Sequence record: NC_061451.1
Strand: one strand, 5' to 3'
Length of the DNA: 64,000 nt
Positions 19,412-27,700 of the stretch are shown here, piece after piece. The first letter of the stretch is position 1; each line of letters opens with the position of its first letter. The notes under the pieces were generated by a model. It did not search any database, was not told where the DNA came from, and saw only the letters and a list, made by a program, of their open reading frames with translations. The position numbers were made by a program, and so were the translations under genes.

Positions 19412-22400
19412 TTCTTCGTAATCCTCTTGACTGCGTTCTTGAGGAGACTGCGGCTGATTTTGATTTTCTTCTTCGCATCACCAGCAGCTGCGGCAGCTTT
19501 CTTAGCCTTCTCTTCGGCTTCGTATGCTTCCCACTGCTTGATGTTCTTCGGAAGTTCTTTCTTCCACAGATCAATGTTCTTCTGATCTTTCTTGGTCAGA
19601 GGATTCACTTTGCCCATAGAACGAATCTTGATGCCATTAGCCCACAGTTGCTTCTGCATCCACGTGGACATGAGATGGTACTGGTCTTCCATGATGCTAT
19701 CAAGTTTCTTATCGACGTCGAGATCAGCTTCGCCCAACTCATCACGCTTCTGCTCAAGGCCAGCACGAATATGCTTCCTGAGTTGTTCGTAAGAGAAGTC
19801 CCAGCCTTCAACATCTTTCTCTGATGCACCGATCTCAAAGTCGATCTCAGGGACAGATGTGAACTCAAACCCTGGATGACGTTTCTGTACAAGTTCGACC
19901 ACTGCACTTGTCATGGCACGCTCAATCATATCAAGCGCGAGGAAAATCCAATCGTAGTGACAGTCAACGGTCAAGGAGTCATGCACCGATACGTTCATAT
20001 CAAAGTCAGGATAGACACCGTTTGCTTTCCAGTACTCAAACTTCATGCGGTCCAGAATACGAATCGCACTCATCATCAAGTCAGAACCAAAGCCCTGAAC
20101 GGGACTGTTTACCGCACGACGGTTACATGCTGCATGAACCATGTTCGCGTCTTTGTGCGACTCAGGTAACATGAAGCCCCACAGGTAACGACGACGACCA
20201 ACAGGCGATTCAACGAAGAAGTTCTGATGAGCAAAACTCTGAATCTTATCAAACCACTTCAAGCCAACAGGGAAGCGTTTAAGGAACTTGCCTTTGATCT
20301 CTTCGATCTCACCAACTTCACGTCCAGTTGACTTCGCAAGACCTTTGTTACCCTGCTGGTAGATCAGTCCGAAGATTACTGTCTTAACCGCGTTACGTAC
20401 GGACTTTGTTACGTCCATTACGTTTGGAATACCGAAGAAGTATGCGGCGTTAATCTTATGCACGTCACCTTCTGCTTCTACGCGGTGCTTAATCCACGGG
20501 TCAGGCACGGTACGATAACGATGACGCAACTCACGACCTTGTTCGAATACGTCTGCTACACCTTGGTCACCCGAGATGATTGACCAACCTCTAACTTCGT
20601 GCGCCGAGTAGTCGACCTTGATTAACAGGCGATTCTTACGCGCAATCAGAATACGTTTGATCAACTTACCCATCTCGCTACGACTCGGAACCTGTTGCAA
20701 GTTCGGGTCAGATGCAGATGTACGACCTGTCACAACTTTTAGATAGCTGTACGTTGGTCGAATCGAACGGTCATGCTTGAAGTCCTCACTCTCGCCCCAC
20801 AGCTTCAACAGGCTGTTAACGTAGGCGTTCTTGAGTTTGTACGCTTTACCTAACTTGGTATACAGCGAGACAAGAGGAAGTTCTTTGTACGCCTCTTGGA
20901 AGTCTTTATCGAGCTTCGCAGACTTCTTACCGTTATCACGGAGTTGCTCGCCTTCCTTGAGAGGTTTCAGGCGCATCACATCGATGAACAGGATTTGCTT
21001 ATGCTCCTGCTTCGACATATCGAACTTCGTGACCTCGACTTTGCCCATAAGACCCATCTTAGGAACATTGTCGTCTCTGCATATCACGGCGTTCGCTGCT
21101 TTAACTTCAGGACTCGACATGAACTCGCGTTCAACGTTTCGAATCTCTTCATTGATTGGACTGTTTGGCAAGTTGAGCTTAAACAGGTAATCAATGTCGG
21201 CACCAGCGCCTGTTGTCTCCAAGACACTGAACGCATGAATCTGGTCGGAGATTTGCTCACCCACCAGCGACTCATACTTCGTGTACTTGCTATCGACGCC
21301 ACGCTTAATCTGCGACAGATAGATACGGAACGGAACGATAACGTCAAGGCCCGCATACTCCTGTACAGCTTCGTCAAGGTCAGAGTCGGCGATTGTCGCA
21401 CGCATCTCTTTACCAAACGATACTTCGTGATAAACAGTCGTACCGTACTGCATTGCAAGGTTGGCTAAGTTGTAGTAACCTTGGCCAGTAACGGTCAACA
21501 GCGATTTCGCGTTTTCATCGTTACCAAACTCACCCGCTTGAATATCCCAGACGTCAGCGCAATAACTACGAATGCCAAAGTTGGAACGCATTACGTTCAG
21601 GTCAAACTTCGCATTCGTATAGATCTGAACCTTGTTGTCGTTGTCTTCGAAGTAGTCACGGAACATATCACTAATTCGACGCAACTCTTTACCGCTGAAC
21701 GGACTGTCTCTGTGATAGATTGGAATCACATAGGCTGTCTCACCGTCGCACGACAACTGCACGGTCTGAATCTTGTTTTTGATTCGATTCAGGTTCTCGG
21801 TTTCGGTATCGACTGCGACCAGCTTAGCACGCTTCATCTTTTTCAAGATCTTCTCAAGCTGCTTAACTTTGGTCACATACACCAGCTTCCAGTTGCGATC
21901 TTTACCGCAGGTCACTGGCTTGATCGCATAGCGCATACCCTTGTTGAGCCACGGCAACATCCAACGTGCCATGTAACCCAGAGTATACGACGATGCGTTT
22001 ATCACAGCAGGGTTCAGGACTGTGTGATAACTGACGTTCGGCAGATGAATGAAGCTATGCTTCTTGCCATCGTGCTTGAGCTTGGTGGGTATCTCAACTC
22101 CGTACCAGTGCTCATAGTGTTCTTTTGAATACTGAATCCTTTCATTGTTGAGCGCCTTGAACGGAGCTTTACCAAAAGTCAGAACGTAGTCTGGCTTGTA
22201 GTCAACAATCAGATCACGAATACGATCAGCGAATGCTTGGTCAGCATCTTCCTTGTACTGCTCAGACTTATCATACGTCTTGAACATGTTGTAGCTAACA
22301 ACGAGGAAGTTCCAATCGTCTAACGTGGTCTTTGTCGGGAACACGTCTTCGAGATACTGAATCTGATTCAAGAACAAATCGCCTTCTGTGCTGCTAAAGA

Positions 22401-22572
22401 TCTTACCATTACGCAGGTCTTCAGTTGGCATGTGATCGAGGACAAGTAGTGCTTTACCGCCTTTGGCGCTTTTACTAACGCCTTTTAAAATACGAACCCC
22501 GTCATAAGTCTGCACGTCGGCAAACTGTTCAGGTGGATCGAAGTCAAGAGCAACGTGCTTGATTTTCACCAT
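19408..22572 (-). CDS. polA: Family A DNA polymerase with 3'-5' exonuclease and N-terminal UDG-like domain
   Basis: ExoI VDTET, ExoII NAKFD, ExoIII YAGLD; TGRTSASDPNLQQVP; motif A DYSAHEVR, motif B R..VK..IFGLIY, motif C VHDS. Confidence 0.95.
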   Translation of the reverse strand: MVKIKHVALDFDPPEQFADVQTYDGVRILKGVSKSAKGGKALLVLDHMPTEDLRNGKIFSSTEGDLFLNQIQYLEDVFPTKTTLDDWNFLVVSYNMFKTYDKSEQYKEDADQAFADRIRDLIVDYKPDYVLTFGKAPFKALNNERIQYSKEHYEHWYGVEIPTKLKHDGKKHSFIHLPNVSYHTVLNPAVINASSYTLGYMARWMLPWLNKGMRYAIKPVTCGKDRNWKLVYVTKVKQLEKILKKMKRAKLVAVDTETENLNRIKNKIQTVQLSCDGETAYVIPIYHRDSPFSGKELRRISDMFRDYFEDNDNKVQIYTNAKFDLNVMRSNFGIRSYCADVWDIQAGEFGNDENAKSLLTVTGQGYYNLANLAMQYGTTVYHEVSFGKEMRATIADSDLDEAVQEYAGLDVIVPFRIYLSQIKRGVDSKYTKYESLVGEQISDQIHAFSVLETTGAGADIDYLFKLNLPNSPINEEIRNVEREFMSSPEVKAANAVICRDDNVPKMGLMGKVEVTKFDMSKQEHKQILFIDVMRLKPLKEGEQLRDNGKKSAKLDKDFQEAYKELPLVSLYTKLGKAYKLKNAYVNSLLKLWGESEDFKHDRSIRPTYSYLKVVTGRTSASDPNLQQVPSRSEMGKLIKRILIARKNRLLIKVDYSAHEVRGWSIISGDQGVADVFEQGRELRHRYRTVPDPWIKHRVEAEGDVHKINAAYFFGIPNVMDVTKSVRNAVKTVIFGLIYQQGNKGLAKSTGREVGEIEEIKGKFLKRFPVGLKWFDKIQSFAHQNFFVESPVGRRRYLWGFMLPESHKDANMVHAACNRRAVNSPVQGFGSDLMMSAIRILDRMKFEYWKANGVYPDFDMNVSVHDSLTVDCHYDWIFLALDMIERAMTSAVVELVQKRHPGFEFTSVPEIDFEIGASEKDVEGWDFSYEQLRKHIRAGLEQKRDELGEADLDVDKKLDSIMEDQYHLMSTWMQKQLWANGIKIRSMGKVNPLTKKDQKNIDLWKKELPKNIKQWEAYEAEEKAKKAAAAAGDAKKKIKISRSLLKNAVKRITKK

Positions 22573-22612
22573 CTAGTCCTATCAGAGTGTGTAACACAAT
22601 ATGATGGCTGTT

Positions 22613-22620
22613 ATTTACAG
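22613..22620 (-). promoter_or_regulatory. Putative middle promoter (CTGTAAAT class)
   Basis: Intergenic, 41 nt upstream of the polymerase ATG; recurs before other DNA-metabolism genes. Confidence 0.55.
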
Positions 22621-22633
22621 ATTTAGAAACGAG

Positions 22634-22657
22634 AAAGGGCAGCCGAAGCCACCCTTT
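22634..22657 (-). terminator. Intrinsic terminator with UUCG loop
   Basis: GGGTGGC-TTCG-GCTGCCC-TTT. Confidence 0.85.
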
Positions 22658-22663
22658 GTGTTT

Positions 22664-23911
22664 TTATTTACATGCTTTGATTGCATCAGTGATAAGGTAC
22701 TGCATGTTAAGCAGAGTAGGCTTGTTCACAGATTTAGCTCCAGTGAACTTGCCGCCCATCGTCTGAGCGGTGATCTCCCAATCATTGATATCGCCATCAA
22801 AGGCAGAGAACGGAGCCTGAATAGCGACCGTCTTGCACTTGTGATCTTCGATAGTCGCTTCATAGTACCAGTCCGGGCCTTGGCCCATACCATCGGTATG
22901 AACTGCGCGGAACTTGTATTTGCCACCTGTAGCACGCGTCAATTGATCTGCGATTTTGTTGTGTTGCGCCTGCGTGAACTTTTCAAACTTAGCAGGGGTA
23001 ACTTGCGCAAAGGCAATGTCGCCGCCCAATGGCTGGACAGGTGGGAACAGAACATATGGACCCTTCTTAGCTGCACCGCCTTTACCGTCCGTGCTTTGCA
23101 CGCCAGCAACGAATGCAGCGAACGCCTTGTCGAAGTCGTTGAACGTACCCAGCTGCTTAGCTTTGCGATTGTCTGGATGACCGTGAACTACTTCTTCAAT
23201 GTGCTCACCGAACTTCACGCTAGCCACAGTGAATCTACCTTTGCCTATGAGATCCTTATAGGAGAATTTCATGTCAGCGCTTTCACCGAAAATGATAGCA
23301 GTGTTCGGTCCGTCTGGCGACGGTGCATAGAAGTAGAAGGAGTCACTTGAGCCATCATCGGCCATGCCCCCGATAGCGGAGCCAGGAACTTTCTTCAATC
23401 CCGAGAACTTAGCAATACGCTTACCTGACAATACGTCATCGCCATCATCAGGCTCAAACAGAGTTTGGAATTGTTCCATCGTGTGAACGACTACGCCGGA
23501 AGCAGCAGAGCCAGCAGCCTTGCCCGACTTAGCATTAGTAGCAGCTACACCACGCTTGGTCGTAGCAGCAACAGCATTACCCGCAGCAGGTTTGATTTTG
23601 ATCGCACGCAGAGCATTGATGGTAGCCACCAGCGTCTTCGCCTTGTACAAGTTACGCACAGCGGTGACGAGGGTTTTACCAGCAGCTTTCTTGGCGAGGC
23701 TCTGAGTAGCATCTTCGTCTTTCAGCAGCTCAAGCAGCGTAGACAACTTAGACGTGTCTAGCTCTTTGATCTTAACCAGCTCTTCCAGACGTTTGGTAAT
23801 CACAGCAGCGTTCTTACCAAACAGGATAGCGGCGTTAGCCAGCTGCGGCTTAGTCGCAGATTCAGACTTAACCGTCTGCTCTTTATCGAAATTCAATTTA
23901 ATCAGTGACAT
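22664..23911 (-). CDS. Lys/Ala-rich putative internal head protein
   Basis: 415 aa; N-terminus MSLIKLNFD...VKSESA resembles 42356..43477 and 43488..44489. Confidence 0.6.
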   Translation of the reverse strand: MSLIKLNFDKEQTVKSESATKPQLANAAILFGKNAAVITKRLEELVKIKELDTSKLSTLLELLKDEDATQSLAKKAAGKTLVTAVRNLYKAKTLVATINALRAIKIKPAAGNAVAATTKRGVAATNAKSGKAAGSAASGVVVHTMEQFQTLFEPDDGDDVLSGKRIAKFSGLKKVPGSAIGGMADDGSSDSFYFYAPSPDGPNTAIIFGESADMKFSYKDLIGKGRFTVASVKFGEHIEEVVHGHPDNRKAKQLGTFNDFDKAFAAFVAGVQSTDGKGGAAKKGPYVLFPPVQPLGGDIAFAQVTPAKFEKFTQAQHNKIADQLTRATGGKYKFRAVHTDGMGQGPDWYYEATIEDHKCKTVAIQAPFSAFDGDINDWEITAQTMGGKFTGAKSVNKPTLLNMQYLITDAIKACK

Positions 23912-23920
23912 GTTAAGTCC

Positions 23921-24472
23921 TTACTTGCGGTTTTTAGTCCAGTTAGAGTTCTGAGGTTTCTTTTCGCTTTGTGGCGAAGTGTTTTCCTCGTTAATCTCCT
24001 CCTCGTCCTCATCTTCGTCCTCGACGACAGGCTCAGCAGCAGGCGCGGCTTCGATCTTAGTCACTTCGAGAATTTGAGAGGGCAGTGGATTCTGATTTAC
24101 AGATGAAGCGACAGCAGCAGGTTCGCTTACTGTAGGCTCTACAGCAGCAGTCGCACCTACAACATGTTCGTGGACGATCTGCTTAGTCAGCAACGCGCCT
24201 TTCTCAGCGAGAATCTGATCAGCACGTTCTTGGTCCCACTTAACCCACAGGATATCGAGACCCTTGTGTGCGTACATGAAACCCTGAGGCAGCTTACCAC
24301 GGCCGTTGAATGGCAGACCGTTAGAAGGAACGCCAGGCTCGAACTCGTCCATCAGTTCCCACTTGCGCTTAGCCGTGATACACTTCGGCCCCCACACGCC
24401 ATCACATGCACCATCATACAGATCGAGCATGGTCATGATGACTTGGAGCTTCTGATAGAATTTATTCAGCAT
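23921..24472 (-). CDS. Protein with PG_binding_1-like N-terminus and acidic tail
   Basis: KLQ.IM..LDLYDGACDGVWGPKC..A..KW matches the LQ..L...G.Y.G..DG..GP.T..A pattern. Confidence 0.55.
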   Translation of the reverse strand: MLNKFYQKLQVIMTMLDLYDGACDGVWGPKCITAKRKWELMDEFEPGVPSNGLPFNGRGKLPQGFMYAHKGLDILWVKWDQERADQILAEKGALLTKQIVHEHVVGATAAVEPTVSEPAAVASSVNQNPLPSQILEVTKIEAAPAAEPVVEDEDEDEEEINEENTSPQSEKKPQNSNWTKNRK

Positions 24473-24734
24473 CTTTCTTTTTCTCCGGACGAGGGACGTC
24501 TTTGCCGATGATACGTTTGAACAAACGCAGAGCCATAACAGCTTCGGTTTGAGCCATGCGAGATTGCTGCTGGAACTGCATCGGATTTTCTTTCATCCAA
24601 TCAACTACACGCTGCAACTCACGCGCATTAATCAGCTTTTGGGCCAGCTTACCTTGAAGGTACACACGAACACCAGTAGTGGTGATCTTCGCTGCACTGG
24701 TGCTCTCTGCCAAATTGATCACAATCTTAGTCAT
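24462..24734 (-). CDS. Small hypothetical protein with the shared N-terminal signal
   Basis: MTKIVINLAESTSAAK. Confidence 0.7.
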   Translation of the reverse strand: MTKIVINLAESTSAAKITTTGVRVYLQGKLAQKLINARELQRVVDWMKENPMQFQQQSRMAQTEAVMALRLFKRIIGKDVPRPEKKKDAE

Positions 24735-24746
24735 TATCTTTTCCTT

Positions 24747-24770
24747 AAAAGAAAGGGGCCGAAGCCCCTT
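24747..24770 (-). terminator. Intrinsic terminator with UUCG loop
   Basis: AAGGGGC-TTCG-GCCCCTT-TCTTTT. Confidence 0.8.
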
Positions 24771-24773
24771 ATC

Positions 24774-27700
24774 TTACACTGACTTGTCTTTCGACGCAGT
24801 GAGTTTCAGTTTGGTCAATGCAGCCAGACACTGTTTCATGTTCGGGATGCTGTAGCCAGCTTTCTGAATACGGTTGATACGCGCTTTCGCACCAGCAACG
24901 TTCTTCACGAAACTAATCCACATACCAGACGACAGGCTGAACGTACCGAACTTACGAGTGTTCGGGATTTTCGTTCCCACGAAGCGTTTCACTTTCGGGT
25001 TAGTCGCAAGGTCGAACATGATGCGCAGACGATCTTCCATCACCATCGGATATGCTTTGATGTGCTTAACATCTTTCGCAGAGGTATGACGAATCTGGAA
25101 GAACTGTTTCAACTGCGACTGCGCCTTAACAGCCAGCTGGTAGTTGAAGCTCAGCTTAGGCGTAGACTCATCGAAGAAGTCCTGAACGAACTCCAGACGG
25201 CGAGAGGACGGACCGTCAAAGTCCAGCTTCTTAGCCTCGATGAAGTCCAAGAACTTCTCAAAGTCAGAGTAGTACGCGCAGTCGATATACACGTAATCCC
25301 CGAACTCGGTGAACTCGAAGTCCTTGAGCGCTTTCGCATCTGGGTCGGTCGCATCAGCATACAGAGCAACGAAGCCGTTGTACACAGTAGGCGTCAGCTC
25401 CAGAGACATATCGGTACCGTCGTCCAGTGTAACAGCAGTACCACGAACAGCCTTGCGCACTTTGTTGTCCAGCGGAGGAAGTTCAGCAGCCTTACGACGA
25501 CGAACACGGGCAGCTGCCTGCTCTACGCCTTCGTTGATTGGCTTACCTTCTTCTTTGTTCGCTTTACGTTGAGTAACGCGGGCGTTCTTACGCTCTTGAG
25601 CCTCAACTTTCTTCTCGGTTGCTTTCGAGTCGGCAGTTTGAGTCTCATCGGTCACGGTGTCTTCGACTTCAACGCGCTTGGCTTCTGCCTCAACACGCTT
25701 GCGGTCTTTAGCTGTCGCCCACGGCTTACGCACTTCAAAGAAGCGTTTCAGATCAGCAGGGGATACCTTACCAGCGTAATGCACTTTGTTCGCAGGCACA
25801 GTAACGATTTCCTCGCCACCAGCAAGACGAACACGCACGGTACTGATAGGGCTGTCCGCACGCAGCTTACCGTCAGCAGTACGAACCGTAACGCTCACGA
25901 TGATACCGTTACCGAACTCAGTCACAACAGGTGCACGGTTCAGCGCGTCTTTCACGTTCTCGCCACTTGAGAAGTTCTGGTTGCGTGCCCAATCAAGCAG
26001 ACGCTCCAGTCCCCAGTTATGACGGTCTGGGATCTTCTGGTTAGCAACGATAGGTACCTGCTCCATGATACGGAAGTCACGCAGAGCCGGAGTAGCAGGC
26101 AGCGGCTGCATTGCTGCAATCGTTGTCTTACGCATCTCTTGGAACTCTTGCGCTTCAATATCGTTCAGGTCACGCTTGGCCAGGAAGTACGGCTTAAAGT
26201 CTTCCATCGTGTTGTTATCGATCAACAGACTTGCATTCATCTTGATTGGAGCAAGCTGATACTGGTCGAGTTTCTCGTAACGCTGGTTACCTTTCTCGTC
26301 GAAACGAGTTTTCTCCAGCGTCTTCCACATCAGACGTGCAACCTTACCTACTTCAAGAGTCTTGTTCGTCATCACCCAATCGATGAACACGGCTTCGCGT
26401 TTCATATCGCCTGGCTTACCGTTCTCATCAAGCACGGCAGCAGCAACATCAGGACGGAAGATACGCGCAGTAGACTGATCGTATGTACCCGGCGACCACG
26501 GTGTGTCACAGCGAATGATACGACTACCCATCTGCATGTTGTGGCCTTCACTGATTGCCTGTTCGTTAGCAATCAGAATCTGCACACGGTCATCGGTCTT
26601 GAACGCGTCAAGGTTGGCCTCTTTGTTCTGGCCTAACTTACCGACTTCACCGTGATACACAACAGCGACCTTCTTATAGTTCTCAGGCAGAGAGTTATAG
26701 ATTGCGTTTGCAGCACGCGTGTAGCGAGTGAACACAATCAACTTGCCCTGAACCTCTGGTTTCCAGTAGTCCGGGTCTTCCGGAGGTGGAACCATTGAAG
26801 GTGGCAGTGTTTGACGCTGGAACTCTTCGGACTGTTTACGCGCCAGATACTTCTGACCCTGATAGACAGCCATATCAAGTTCACGAGGAGTAACGCCCTG
26901 CGTCCAGTTAAAGATTTGTTGCTCTTTGACCAGCGGGTCACGTTCAGGCTGCACTTCAAAGTGCTTGCGAATACGCTCGATGATGGTCAGGACTTTAGCA
27001 GAGACGAACTTGGTGACGCCCGCGTTTTCAAACGTCAGACGAGCAACGTCATCACCCATCGGGTCGGTCAGCATCATCTCCATGCGCTGGAAGTACATGT
27101 TGAGGTCAGCGTTACCTGCGAGCAATGCGCCCAGGTCATCACCTTCTTCAATATCATCTTCGTCAATGTCGTCAGAGGCAGTAGCTTCTGCACCATCCTC
27201 TTCGTCATCTTCACCAGCAGATGCAGCACGGCGTTTGGCGTTGTTAGCAGCTTCCTGCAACTTCTCCAACACCTGAGCATACATCGCGTTATACACCTCT
27301 TGGTGCAGCGATGAGTTAGGCACAGTCGGGTCATCAATCTCAACCTGAATGAAGGTATCGATTGGGTTCGGCAACATGAACGCCCAGTTCTTACGCTTGA
27401 ACGAGATGAACGCCGTGTGGTTAGACATACGCGAGTGAGCACGACGAATCATTTCAATGTCGTCTTTCGCGCCGTCGTATGCAACGTCGAGAGAGTCACC
27501 GAACATCGCAGGCGTCATCAGTGCAGCCTGACCAACAATGTCACGCACGCGGTCAGTTACCAGAGTACCAGTAGCGATACGCGCATAGCGAACAGATGGT
27601 GCGGTGAATACTGCTTTGGTGTTGAAGTGCACCTGAGAGCCTGACTGGCCTCCAGAGAAGTTCTTAACCTTATGCGACTCATCCAGCATAACGTAGCTGA

